64,000 bases of DNA from the human T2T-CHM13v2.0 reference genome, Homo sapiens, in assembly GCF_009914755.1 (NCBI RefSeq), contig NC_060925.1; one strand, written 5' to 3'. The notes under the pieces were generated by a model. It saw only the letters and a list, made by a program, of their open reading frames with translations. It had not been told where the DNA came from and made no database searches. Position 1 is the first letter of the stretch, and every line of letters begins with the position of its first letter. Both the position numbers and the translations under genes were made by a program. Of this stretch, positions 39,695 through 54,730 are shown piece by piece.

Positions 39695-41404
39695 GAATCG
39701 CTGCTCTGGTTGGACAGATAATTCCATCACAGGTACAGGTGTTCCTGCAATGCACCAAAAAGTGTTGAGTTGAACTTCCATCGGATGGTGATGAAAATCA
39801 CGTGCTGTTTAATAGCCTATGAATTTAAATCCACACGCAAGGAGGATAGCCTGCTCCCATAAACCGTCATTATTATATATTTGAAAGCAGTGAAATCCCT
39901 TTACAAAAGGGAAAGAAAGAGACAGAGACTCAAGCTTAAGCCTCAAAAATCATCAATAAAATATCAGTATCATCCCATGGTACAAAAATCCCAATCTCCA
40001 TCTAAAACTGCCTGACCCTAAAATATATCAGAAGCTTGTTCTAATCACAGAAGATGCGTTCTGAATAGGACCGTTCCTCTCGCAATGGCTAAGTCTGCAA
40101 GTCACTGTTTTTACTGGAGCTGAAAAATTAATTCCTTTTCAGAAATATTCTCATCTTCTGTTAAAAGAAAAAAAAGGCTTTTTTGATGTCGAGTGACAGG
40201 ATTATAAAGTGACCCTCTGGGTCAGAAGGAGACTTTTCTTTTTCTCATCAAGGAAATCAATTTCTAAGTCCAAGTCTCTTAAAATAATATATTCTTGTGG
40301 CACGCACACAGATTTTTTGATCTGCTATGAAAAGAATAAGAGGTAAAGAGGATCAGGGGTGGTGATGGAATATTATAATCTGCCACACTCACACATCAGC
40401 CTTTCACTAAGTAATTCCAGATAAATTGAGGATTTACATATTTAAGATTAAATGGGAGAAAGAGTAGCTGATGCATAAACATAGGAATACAAAGATATAA
40501 CTGAAGCAAGTTAACTCTTAAAACTTGAAGTTACTTGGTGCTTATTTTATCGCTCCACTTCAAAGTTTAATGTTTATTAGTGACTAACCAAGATAATCTC
40601 TTTCCGATCAATTGAACTCACAACCCGCCCTTAGGGAATTTTTTTCCCTGTCCTCAGAAAATCCCAATTACACCGACAAGCAACAGTTAAATGCATACAA
40701 AGACGCATAAATGCAGCAGATGGAAAACAGGAGGAAGCAGCTGGAAGCGTGTTTCCCTCAGAACTGTTTTTAACAGCCTGTGCACAAATAATGCCTCTCT
40801 AATACAGAGATAAAAATAAAACATAAATATTGAGAAGGTGACTGGTCACAGCAACAAGATGGCATGAGATGCTGTTATCTTCCCTGGTTCCATTACCCTT
40901 ACATCACTCCAGATACTCTCCCATTTGGGGGCTTCCAAGAAGTCCAGAAAATGAGATTCAAGTTTAGCACCCTGACTTTACTAAGAGCTCGGTTACAACC
41001 TGAACTTTCCCCTGACGCCGCTCCCAAGAATCAGATGCCTGCGTGGCTTTTGTTAGGCCCCTGTTAGAGCCCCTAAAGAGTGCCAGTATTTCTCTCTAAC
41101 TTCGCAACAGCTTAAACTACAACTTAGCACAGCAGGGCCTTTCCTTAGTCAAGACTTTGATTCCACGGCACCGAGAATTCCTTACCCTGGAAGGAAATGC
41201 ATCTTGTATACGCGAAGAGACTTCTGACCTGCCGTTAGGTAGGGAAATTAGTTTGGGCCCTTTTTCCAGTGATGATGATAATGAATTCATCTGATGCTCC
41301 CTGAGGCTGAACCTTGCTCATCAACTATTCGTTTCTCTTTCAAGCATTTCCTGACACTTGCTAAGCCTGAACCTCTGTGGCAGGTGCTAAGAAAGAGAAG
41401 CAAG

Positions 41405-41605
41405 TGAATATGGTGGAAGGCAAAGGAAGGGGCCCATGGGGGCAAGTGATGGGGACTGCTAAGGTATTATCAATGTTTTATTTCTTGACCTGGGTGCTGG
41501 TTACTTGCTGTTCTCCTTATAATAATGTATTAAGTAGTATATTTGGGTTGTGTGCACTTTTATAATCGTATGCTACTTTTCACAGTAAAAAAAAAAAAAA
41601 AAAGC
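41405..41605 (+). mobile_element. Old L1M 3'UTR fragment
   Basis: 'aatgttttatttcttgacctgggtgctggttac...tgtgcactttt...ttcacagtaaaa'. Confidence 0.65.
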
Positions 41606-41619
41606 GAAAGAAAGAAGAA

Positions 41620-42810
41620 AAGAAAAAGCAAATATGAAAAGCCCAGTCAAGGAGTTTTCAACTTAGTAGAGAAGATAATATATAACTGTTATCTTGCATA
41701 TAATGCAAGGGGATGTGTGATCAATGTCATAAGATAAATATAAATTGCTATAGGAATTAAAAGATCCATCAGGATAGATTGAGGTTATTAGATAAGGCTT
41801 CATATAGAAGGCAGTAGTTGAAATAGGAAAGAAAGATGGACAAGAATTCAGCAACAAAGCTGGAACTCAAGGGAGACGGGCATTGATCAGTGTTAGAAAT
41901 GCTTGTTCCCCAGTGTCGTAAGAAACAGCGCTTGAACATAAATTTAACTTCCTTAGCAAGGCCATTTTTTACTTTCTGCATAAAGGGTACACTCGCCAGT
42001 ACACCAAACAAAGGAGACGGGGTCATTTATAACCTGATGAGTCCACCCTACTGCTATGTCTGGTTTCCATTGGCTGGAACGGGACCTCACATTCTGTATT
42101 TGTCCTGATTGGCTAGCAACTTAGAACTTTTTAAAAGAGGCAAAGGCAGAGGAGAACAAAGGAAGGAGGAAGTAACTTGTGGAATGCTGAGAAAGGTAAA
42201 GACACCTTCAAATAAGGAAGGGGAACAGGCTATGACCTAATCCTTGCTTGGACCAGCATAAGCATGCCAGGGCATATACTTAGGCTAAACTGTAGAAGCT
42301 AAGAACATAAAGTACATTGATTTCTTTATCACGGCTAGCAGACATTTAAGAATGTTAGCACAGGTCTTTGAATAAATTTTGCTTCTAAAAGAAGTTACTA
42401 TTTATTCCTAATTAGATGGGGAGGGAAGTCTTTGAAGAGGAACCTCTACTTTACTTATTACAATCAGGAAGGAAGAGCAGGAGCAAAGGGGGAGAAATGT
42501 TAGACTGGCCCTCCCCCCCACCCCCGCTGCCCCACCAAGGCAATGGAGACCAGGTCATTTAACTAAAGCATGGAGATGATGGAGATGGATGGATAGGGTG
42601 GGGAAAGGAATTGAGAATCAAAATCAAGGATTCAAGAGAGTTTTGAAATCTCATCTAACAAATCTATATTTTATTTGGTGGACAAAGGCAAACTATAGAA
42701 GATTGTGAGCAAGAAGGTGTTATATATCTGGACTGTATTTAGGACAATTAATTTGGCAGTGACTTGAAGGGACAGGAGTGTGGAAACAAGAAGGCCATTA
42801 GGTTATAGCA
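41620..42810 (-). mobile_element. Degraded L2, split by LTR10C
   Basis: 'caaggagttttcaacttagtagagaaga...aaggcttcatatagaagg'; continues after the LTR. Confidence 0.5.
41891..42462 (-). mobile_element. LTR10C-like (HERV-I group) solo LTR
   Basis: TG...CA termini; 5-bp TSD atcag; minus-strand start 'tgtaataagtaaagtagaggttcctcttcaaagac'. Confidence 0.88.
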
Positions 42811-43543
42811 GCTTACCGTTAGCCTTCAGAACTCCAAGGTGGCGGCGGGAGAGGTGGCTCTCTGAGGGCTTAGGAACTCAGGGCTCTACACCTACATTGC
42901 CCTGGGTCCCTTCTTCACTGTAACATCCCCTCTGCCTTTCTGCAAATACATTCCTTACTAAGGATGTTGTTTACCTCCACTAGTGTATCTTCCCTATATT
43001 CATTCTTTGAATATTATAAAAGCTTTTAATATGGGAAACATATAATCTTCCTTTAAAAAAAATCTAAGTATACAGCAGGAAATCACAAATATAAGCAGCT
43101 GTTCTGAATAGCGCAATACGAAAATCACTTTTTTTTCTTTCTGCTTCAAGTTTAACATTCCCCTTCCCCTTTGCCTCTATCCATGCAGTTTCTGTGGATG
43201 GGAGGTTGCTCGTGAGTGTGCATAAGGACATATGCACACATATGCACAGGCTGCCTGTGTCTCCTTCTGAGTTCTTGGTGCTTCTTCATAAAAGTTTCAT
43301 TTAGTCCTACTAGAGGACTAAATGGGTTTCATTAACCCAAAACTGCTGGCTACCTTACTTTTCACAGCTGTGACCAGGGTAGCTGTTAGCATAAATAACA
43401 GCCACAGAGCCACCAACTTTGCTACCATGGCTTTCTTAGGCCCCATCAGGATATGTCAGAAACATGAACAATACTTACACATCTATTTGGTGTGTTTACT
43501 CTTCTTAATTATGGATGAACTGGTATATTCAAAAGTGAATCAA

Positions 43544-43845
43544 GGCCAGGCGTGGTGGCTCACACCTGTAATCCCAGCACTTTGGGAGGCCAACCAAGGT
43601 GGGTGGATCACCTGAAGTCAGGAGTTTGAGACCAGCCTGATCAACACAGTGAAACCCCATCTCTACTAAAAATACAAATTAGCCAGGTGTGGTAGCACAT
43701 GCCTGTAATCCCAGCTACTCGGGAGGCTGAGGCAGGAGAATCCTTGAACCCAGGAGACGAAGGTTGCGGTGAGCTGAGATCACACCATTGCACTCCAGCG
43801 CCTGGGCAACAAGAGCGAAACTCCATCTCAAAAGAAAAAAAAAAA
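43544..43845 (+). mobile_element. AluSq/Sp-like SINE
   Basis: 'caacaagagcgaaactccatctc'; TSD approx. agtgaatca. Confidence 0.96.
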
Positions 43846-45279
43846 TAGTGAATCAGAGGAGCTGAAGGGATGGCTCCAATATTTGTTTACCTACATCAAA
43901 TGCTTTCAGAGGAGCCAGGATTGGTGCATTTTATAAATTACACACATTTCTTTATTGCTTTTCTTGCAGTAGAATTGATGTTCTCTATCTCTTTCTGAGG
44001 TCTGTCGTTTAAATGGCTGATGCACGGCATTTTGTTACTTACTGGGTTTCTGGTGCCTTGCATTTCTCAAATAAGGACAGTTTGAGAAAGTTCCAGGTTC
44101 AAATGAACCAGATGCCAGTAAGAAATAAACCTTCTCCCTCCTTTTACACAGGTTTGCTCACACCCACAGCTGGGTCAGGTTTATGGCCGAAAGGAAGCTT
44201 ATCATTGTTGGCTGGCTATGAAGCCAACTGCCAATTTGCACATATGGCTGTTCCTGGACCCTGCCGTGTTTCCCCTGTGACTCATTCATTTCAGGTGCTA
44301 TAGCAACAGGTCTGGGATACAGACATGATGAACTCAAGTTCCTCTCCAGCCCGAGTTCAAAGCACCTTTTTGCCCTTCAATAGATCAGAAGAGATTTTCT
44401 CTTTAAATACCTGCCAGCTGACCCCGAGCTGGCCAAAATAGGACAGAATTTTCCACCAGGACTTAGTAGAATCTTGGGAGCTTCTTTCAGAAGAACTTAG
44501 TGTGTTGGGATGGACAAAGCTTCCCTGTGAGTCAGAAGCTAGGGTGGCAGCTCTAGATCTATCAGAACAAGCTAAGACACTAACTCTCTGAAGTTGGACC
44601 AGCTCGTTTGTTCATGGTAACGGGCCAGGTTGCAATGAGGTTCCTGTGGAGAAGTGAGAAAAATGGGAAGAATGTCTTGAATTTTTTATTAAGCTAAGTT
44701 ATTTTGTTGAACGTGCTATCCTTTAAAATTTCTACTTCTCTAACGTTAATAAAAAAAAAAAAAGCACCATTCAAGGCCTACTTCAACTATTGGCTCCTTT
44801 CAGAAGCCTGTTCTGATACCATCAATCTATCCCAATAGTTCTTTTAATCCTCATAGTACTTGATATTTTTCTTACCTAATGATGTTTATAAGCCCTTTCT
44901 TTTGTGAAAAAAATAATACTGGGTTTTTTAACACACATATGGGTTTAAAAAAAGGTGGGCAGTCTGACCTGGAGTATGCAACATTTTTTTTTAATCCATC
45001 CACCTATTCTTAACTCCATTTATGAAATTCAGAAGTCCAGTAACCACTGGGCCTGATGAATTCTAAGGAACATTCCAGGAACACACTTCTTAAACTTTCT
45101 GTGAGTATGGATGCCTGTTATCTCAGGTTGTCCCCACAGAATCCCAGCAAAGTACCAGTTGCAGAGGAAGCCTATGTACTTTCTTTCATTCATCCCACCA
45201 ATATAAATGCCTGTTATATGCTGAGTGCTAATTCCTGCCCTCAGCGAGCTCACAGTGTATTAAGGGTAACATTTAAGCA

Positions 45280-46220
<941 letters not shown>

Positions 46221-46329
46221 TCCTTTCAGAGTGACTCTCCCAAGGTCACTCAGTCTGTAGGCAGCTTAACTGAGATTACATGCTCTCCAGCCCATTTGAT
46301 CACATTGCTCTCCTAAGATTAATAAAGCT

Positions 46330-46505
46330 CATAGGGTGTCAGAGCTGGAGACAAACGTAGGAGTTATCCAGGCTAACCCTTTCATTTTCTATCAGATAAC
46401 TAAAGCCAAAGGGGCTAAGTGTCTTGCCAGAGTCACGGAGCAAGTGGACCAGAGCACAACTGCATTTCAGATCTACTGATTTCAAGGTTCCTGCTCCTTT
46501 TACTG
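46330..46505 (-). mobile_element. MIR3-like relic
   Basis: 'tcagagctggag...atccaggctaaccctttcatttt'. Confidence 0.6.
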
Positions 46506-47072
46506 CACCTGAGAGTGCTCTAAAATCAACACAGTTGATTATACACAGTAAATCAGAGGGGAGGAGAGAGGGTTTCTAAAGGTATCAAGAAGAAAAATAT
46601 GAGAAAGATCACAAAAAGTAAGAACACAAGTCAAATAGCACAACAGTGTGTAGTCACAGTGTATGAACAGTCTTCAAAGCACTAAGGGGACCAGGGTGAG
46701 CTCTGCATCCCAACCAGATAACCAGCAGTCAAGAAAGTATCCAAGTTTCCAAGAACTGGTTAAATTATGTTGATTATATTCTGTTCTGAATGCATAAAAG
46801 TGTGTAATATATTTTATCAAGATTCTTATCCAAACGCTTAAAATAGTCATCAAAATTGAAGGCCAGGTGAGATGGCCTAGATGCAATAGCACCCCAGTAG
46901 CAACAAACATACCTAGTGCCGGTTCTCCATTTCTGATACTATTCTCTCTAGTAAAAGAAACCTGGGATCATTGGAGAAATGGCTGATTCTAGGACTCAGG
47001 CAGGAAACATACGTGAAGAACCTGGAGCAACTTGTAGTGCCAGAAAGTAAGGAGGCATTCAAACAAGAAAAC

Positions 47073-47098
47073 CACACACACACACACACACACACACA
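47073..47098. repeat. (CA)13 microsatellite
   Basis: Direct reading. Confidence 0.95.
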
Positions 47099-47526
47099 GT
47101 GATTTGAGAACGTATCAAAAGAATCCAGGAGTCAATAAAAAGAGCTCTCAGTGGTCAGAGCTGGAACAAGTTGAGCAAGGAATAATAGTATTGAATTACA
47201 ACCCAACATATAAAATAAATATCTGAGTTATACTGACATAAATAAATAGTTGAATAAATAAAGAAATGTGGGAGAAAAGATAGATCTCCCATGCAGAAGA
47301 ATTTCAAATAATTTGTGTAGATATACCACCCTCAAAGAGAGGGAGCAAAGCCTTCCCACTCTTTCAGTATGGGCACAGAGTGATACTCTTCCTTTCAAAG
47401 AATACAGTATATAAAAAGGGCAAAACAGAGGAACTTTACAGTGCAGAAACCCAACAAACGCGACCTCTGCCAGGTAATCAAGTTTAACTCCAACAGTGAT
47501 AAGTCATGTTGATAGTATGTACCCTT

Positions 47527-47910
<384 letters not shown>

Positions 47911-48771
47911 TTACCCTAAACCCATGACCTCGATCTAATCACGAGAAAACCATCAGATAAACCCCAATAGACAAACAGGCTAAAACACACCTGACAGTAG
48001 CCCTCAAAACCATCAAGGTCATTAAAACTAAGGGAAGTCTGAGAAATTGTCACCTTGATAGAGCCCAGGCAGACATGACAACTAAACACAATGTGGTGTC
48101 CTGGATGTGGTCCCAGAACAGAAAAAGACATCAAGTAGAAATTAGGAAAATCTGAATAAACAATGGACTATCGTTAATAATAATGTGTCTGTATTGGTTT
48201 ATTAATTGTGGCAAGTATACCATGCTAATATAAGATGCTAGTAATATGGTGTGGGATTTATGGGCACTCTCTATACTAATTCATAGTAAATCCAAAACTG
48301 TTTTAAAACAGAAAGTTTATTTCAAAAATGAAAAAGAGGGCCTACAGAGTCAAGTCCTCATACATCCAGAAAACTTGCATCTCCAGAAATAACAATTTCA
48401 GTGTTTTGTGTAATTAAGCTTTTATCATATATAATTTAAATGAAGATCTTTTCAGATTTAGCTATAAATGGCAAAATTTATACCATTGGGTAAAAATCCA
48501 CCATAATTCTCTGCTTGCTGTATGACTAAACTCAACCCTGAGCTTTGAGAGAGCTATGAGGGTGCTGTACATCAGGGTTTCCAAGCAACTAGGACAGTAC
48601 CTGGCAGATGTCGAGAGATCTATTTGAGGGCCAGATAAATAAAGGAATGAAGAAATTCAAGATGATGGAATCAAATCGATTTAATGTGGCAAAGATTGTT
48701 TTTTGAAGATGCAAAATAATTCAGAGATGTGGAAGACAAGCAGATAAAACCAAACCATTTGAAGATTCAGA

Positions 48772-49535
48772 GTGAGATCCACTTCATGTGCATTAGCATG
48801 GCTATTATTTTTAAAAATAAGAATAACAAGTGGAGGTAAGGATGTGGAGTAATTGGAACCCTTGTACACAACTGAGGGAAATGTAACATGGTGCAGCTGC
48901 TATGAAAAACATGTTGGTGGCTCCTCAAAACATTGAAATAGAAGTAGCTTGTGATCTAGCAATTCCACTGCCAGGTATATATACCCTAAATGTTAAAACA
49001 GGGACTCAACAGATACTTACACACCCATATTCATAGCAGCCTTATTCACAGCAGCCAAAAGTGGAAGCAATCCAAACGACCACTGACAGATAAATGAATA
49101 CAAAAAATGAGGTTTGTATACACAATGGCATATTATTCAGCCTTAAAAAACGAAGGGAATTCTGACACACACTATAATGTGGATGAACCTTGAAGACACC
49201 ATGCTAAGTGAAACAAGCCAGTCACAAGAGACTTAATACTATATAATTCCACTTCTATGAAGCATCTAAAATTGTCAGATTTATAGAGACAGAAAGTAGA
49301 ATGGTGTTTGCCAGGGGCTGGGGAGAGAGGGGAATGGGGAGTTATTTCTCAATGGGCATAGAGTTTCCTTTTTACAAGATAAAAAGTTCTAGTGATGGCA
49401 GTGGTGATGGATTCACAATGTGAATGTACTTTGGCCACTGTGCTTAAGGCCACTGAATTGTACACTTAAAATGGTTAAAAGAGCAAATTTTATGTTATAA
49501 ATATTTCACAATTTAGAAATAAAAAATAAATATAA
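48772..49535 (+). mobile_element. L1MB 3' end
   Basis: 'ggatgtggagtaattggaacccttgtaca...ccactgaattgtacacttaaaatggttaaaa'. Confidence 0.9.
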
Positions 49536-49929
49536 GGTTAAAAAAATCAGAATGAGGTTGAAGTAAAGATGCTCAGATATCATTAACCTGAAAGTTTTTG
49601 GCAGAGGGTCAAAAAAGAAGTCTAGAAATCTGTGAGCCATTTCATAGAGCATTTACAAAACTGCCCAAGAACAAATGGTGAATATTTTCATAGATGCTTC
49701 TTTAGCCATGTTCTAGACATTTCTACTTTCACTGACATTAAAAATATTTAAGTATAACAATAACCTGTAAGTGCTTAGTGCTTTTTTCATTTACAAAGCA
49801 CCCTCACATCCATTCTCTTTTGCTGCTCAGAATAACCCTCTGGGAGTAGACAGAATCTGAAGCATCGCCCCATTCCATAGATCTGCGCACTTGTCCCAAT
49901 TTTGCTGTGCTACTCCAGCGTGCAAAGCA

Positions 49930-50150
49930 CTGTGCAGCCTGAGCGGCCATGGGCATAGATGGAGCTCCACTGCCTGGGTTCAAATCCTGACTACCCCACT
50001 TCCCAGCTGCATGCCCTTGGACGTGTTGACTTAACCCTCTGGGTCTCAGCTTTCTCATCTATAAAATGGGTGGTTTGAGGTTGACATGAGTTAATAAATG
50101 TAACACACTTACAATGCTTCATAGGTAATGGGTCCTCCTAGTGTTAGCTG
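49930..50150 (+). mobile_element. MIR SINE
   Basis: 'tgcctgggttcaaatcctg...ttaaccctctgggtctcagctttctcatctataaaatggg'. Confidence 0.82.
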
Positions 50151-50689
50151 AGTTCATTGCTGTGGATTCAGACAGGCATAAAATATAGATGACAAGACAA
50201 GCAGGAATGAGGCTGTAAACAGGGGAGCACACACAACACGGTGAGGAATCCTGCCTGGGAATATTAGGGAGCTTTTCATAGAGAAGGGGACATGTGAGCT
50301 TGGGATATGTGAGCTTTGAACATGGAGAATGAGAATGAGGAAAGTGAGGCTGAAATAAGATGAAGTAGCTTCAGGCCTGTTCCCATTAAAAACAACCACC
50401 CAAAACTCATATAATCCCCCATGGTTTTCAAAGCATTACCAAGTCTGCCATTCCACTGTGCTGCAGAGAAACACAGGCCTTCCAGGCAGGGGTGGGGAAA
50501 GAATGAGGCCACATCCATCCTTATTTTAGGGATGAGGGCCTGCTGGTTCCATGTTTAAACAGTTGCTCTAAGGTCTCAAATGTGCAGTGGCTTAAACAGA
50601 GTGGGGCCAGCACAGACCTAGTTCTTTCAGCTTCTAGTATAGGATCTTTCCATTGCGCCAAAGTGAAACACAAGCCTTTTAACCATCGG

Positions 50690-51253
<564 letters not shown>

Positions 51254-52479
51254 TCATTGAGTTCTGAAATGCCCTCTCTAAGCTAGCGCTCACATGGGAT
51301 GCATCCCCCCTCTACCCCCCAAGGCAGTGGACTCAACGGGCAACCACTCTTCCCACCCAGGGTTTGTTAAGTGCTAAGTGCCCCACAGCTGATCCCAATG
51401 CTTTGTCTTCCTCTTTGACAGAGAACCGGAGTTTTATCCTCCAAGCTCTCACTAGTCTCCTCTCTCCCCTGAACCCATGGCTCCCCTGCAGATGGATCTT
51501 GCTCTGTCCTGAAAATCTTTAGGAAGAACAAAATAATGGTCTTTCTTTCTCAGCAATAAGGAAGTCTTCACATGCTCACACTATGAAAGAAGAAAGTTTT
51601 ATGTTTAGCCCATTGGAGTCCCTGTACCGTGGGCTGTCCAGCTTTGGTTTTAACCCAGTTAGGACAAAGAGAAGGTCACTTTCTTCCCTAAGCAGGTGAT
51701 CAGTTTGGTGCTGCGTTACTTTCCAAAGCAAACAGGGCTCTTTTCTTTGTCTTTACCCAAATGCAATGCCTTCTTTTATACCAGGACTTCTGTTGACACA
51801 TCCAGAAGTAAACTCGCAGGAGAATGCTCAGTGGAGGTGCCTGCACCAAGAGGCCCTGAAAGGAAGCGTGTGTGGAGGACTCCCCTCCCCAGCTGTATGG
51901 CCTTATTCACTTCCTACCGCCCTAGTTGGGCCCTTCTCTCCCTCACCCCTACATAGGGCTTCTGGTAACAAGAAGTGGTGATGTTAGAAAGTCATTACCT
52001 ATCCACAGGCGGGCATAGCCATCCAGAGAGAGATGAGCCCAGCAGAGACCCCAGCCCTGGGTCATCTTAGTGGCTCTGGGTGCAAACAGAGCCACAGAAT
52101 GGGAGCAAACACTATAAACAAAGTCAAAGGCAAATACCTAAATCAGTACCCCCACCTCAACCTGCCAGACTTTCAACTTCAATAAAACCTACCTCCTGAC
52201 AGATCACAAAGGAAGTCTAGCACTTGGGGGTGGAATCGGCTTTTCTTCAGCATTTCTGCTGTCCTTTCTGTCACTCTTTGATTTGAGCTGAATTAGCAAT
52301 GCCATCCTGGCTAAAGTTGGTATTGCAAAAGACTTTGGTAGAGTGCAAGATACCACATATGCCCAAGTCAAACAACCTAAGCAGCAGCTACATTTTAAAC
52401 CCTGACTCTGCAGTCCAGTTTCTTAGAACTGTTCTATGGGAGTGAAAACTAAAGAGGACTTCCATCTTCCCCTGACCCT

Positions 52480-54130
52480 GCTGGCCTTCGCAGCTGGAAT
52501 GTGCTGGGAATCACTTCTGGCACTGAAAAGGTTAATTGTCTCCTGCTGCGAAGTAGAAACTGAGAAAAGGGTCCTGGGCAGGGGAGGAATTATGGTAAAT
52601 GAGGTTTTCTTTATAGTACTGCTCATTCTCAACATGCTGAAAGGGCATTAGTTCACAGTCACTTTCTCTGGAATTACCAAATCTGCTCAGGAAGCCTTCA
52701 TTAGGATATTAAACAAGACTTAATAAGTGAAAGTGATTTGCATCGCTGATAATCGTGGGCATTAATCAAGACGGCTTCTGTCTCTCTCCCTGCAATATGT
52801 TTCATGTTCCACTGTAAAGCCCCTTTAATTCTGGAGGGCTTCTTAAAAGGGAAATATTACATTTAGAAAGCCATTTTTAAAATGATTTACTTAGCAAAGA
52901 TCACTATAAATAATGTTCTACTCCCTCCTCAGCTTTAACTATCAGAATAATTAATACTGTGAGGTTTGAGTCAGGGATAGAACCAGATGTGTTCCCATTT
53001 ATCAGACATGAGCTGCACTTATTCTAATAAATGTTTCAGCCTTTAAAAAGAACTTTAAGTCTGGCCTCAAATTAAAGGACCACATTTTGCACTTCTACTT
53101 GAAGTCACACATTGCAGCCATGTTCTACGTCACTCTGGGGCCCAACACCTTCAGTATTAACTTCTGTGCCACCCAAAAGCCTTGGAAGGCAAGCAGTAAA
53201 ATAAGGCAACCTGCTCATAGTGGTCAATAAAATTAGAAACAAATAAAAGGAAAGCTATTTAAGAGAACTGCTGCTTTCTTTATAAGGCAGCTAGCTGTCT
53301 CTTGTTAAATCGGTGGCTTCAGAGTAAAGAGACTTCCATCCAAGGGAAGCTTGTTTTATGACATTTAGAAAGAAGAGAAACAAGAGTTAATACTTTGGTT
53401 TAGGCGAGTGAAACATCAAGGGTTTTTGCTGGGGTTTTTTTTCCTCTTCTTTTTTTCTTTTTTTAATTCCTGGTTTTCAGCTTCACAAATGGATTATTTT
53501 TCAAGGCTTTCTGAACAAAAGATCAAGGCAATCTTGTTACTTTTCATGGTTTAAAACAGTGTGAGAAACATCAGTTTCCTGTATCTAAAGCAATATAAGT
53601 CAAGGGCAAGGGAAGAGAAAGGAGAGAAGGATGGAAGTCTCTATCCCAGACTTGTGCCTGCAATTCAGGTCTGCACAGTCTCACCACTCCCCCTCCATTC
53701 TCCCTGCCCCCCTCCCCAGCCTCCCCCATGACAGCCCTGCAGAAGCTGCCTGTGGCAGAGAGATGTGTGTGTCTACATATGTTGAACACACACACGCACA
53801 TACAGAGTTTATATATAGATCCATGCACACACCCAAAGTTGTTGTGCCATTGAGAGGTTTCAGATCTCCTAGCATAATTTGATTGCTGTTTCTGCCCTAC
53901 TTAGGTGATAGCATCTACTCTCCTGCTCCCTTCAGTTCAGGCAGCCTCATTTGTTATGTCTCTGCTAAAATTAACTCCACGTTAATTTCTGGAGGCTTTG
54001 GAGTTTATTGCTGGGAAAAAAAAAAGGTTATTTGCTGGCAGTGACTAGTGACATGATGGTTTGCATGCACTAGGGCTCAGCACTCTATTTAAATGGAGCT
54101 CAAGAGATGAGCTTTGTGTGAAGCAGAGGA
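52480..54130. promoter_or_regulatory. Repeat-free island, candidate conserved enhancer
   Basis: No recognisable TE; dense motif cluster at 52720-52770. Confidence 0.35.
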
Positions 54131-54316
54131 GACTTGATCCATCCTAATGGACTGCAACATGAATTATATGCCCTACTTCACCACTTCCCTGCTTCACTAA
54201 TCTGGGATAGTTCACAAGGAACCATTTATCCAGAAGGGAGGAGACATGATTCCCAACTGAGGGCTCGCTCTCTCTTTTTTCATCTCTTGTTTTCTTGTCT
54301 TCATTTTTTATTTCCT

Positions 54317-54430
54317 CTTAGATACCCCAGCACCAAGCTATTATACTTTGTATATTTCTCTAGTCCACCAGTCTCCTTAGATACCCCAGCACCAAGCTAT
54401 TATACCTTGTATATTTCTCTAGCCTACCAG
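54317..54430. repeat. Tandem duplication, period 59 bp
   Basis: 'cttagataccccagcaccaagctattatac' at 54317 and 54376; 52/55 identical. Confidence 0.95.
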
Positions 54431-54479
54431 GAGGAAATCTACTCATATTCTTGTAAGCCATCTCCATGTTTTTGCCCAT

Positions 54480-54730
54480 TGTAATAACATAGCAACTACC
54501 TCTCCCTGGGCACCTAACAAGTGTCAGACAATGTGCTAGGGGTTGACAAACGTTCCTGTAACCCTTCAAGGGAGACTGTATTGTCCTTAATTTACAGATG
54601 AGAAGCTGAGGGTCAGAGCCACTAAGCAGCCGGTACAAATTCACATAGCTTTTGAGTGATGAAACAAGAAGTTGAATCATGGTCCTTTAGGTCTGTTTGA
54701 TACCAAATTTCACACACCTTTTCAAAACAG
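54480..54730 (-). mobile_element. MIR SINE
   Basis: 'atttacagatgagaagctgagggtcagag'. Confidence 0.75.

Noticed and set aside
52070-52095. 9-bp stem hairpin gtggctctg/cagagccac
   Set aside because: Within chance expectation and has no supporting context
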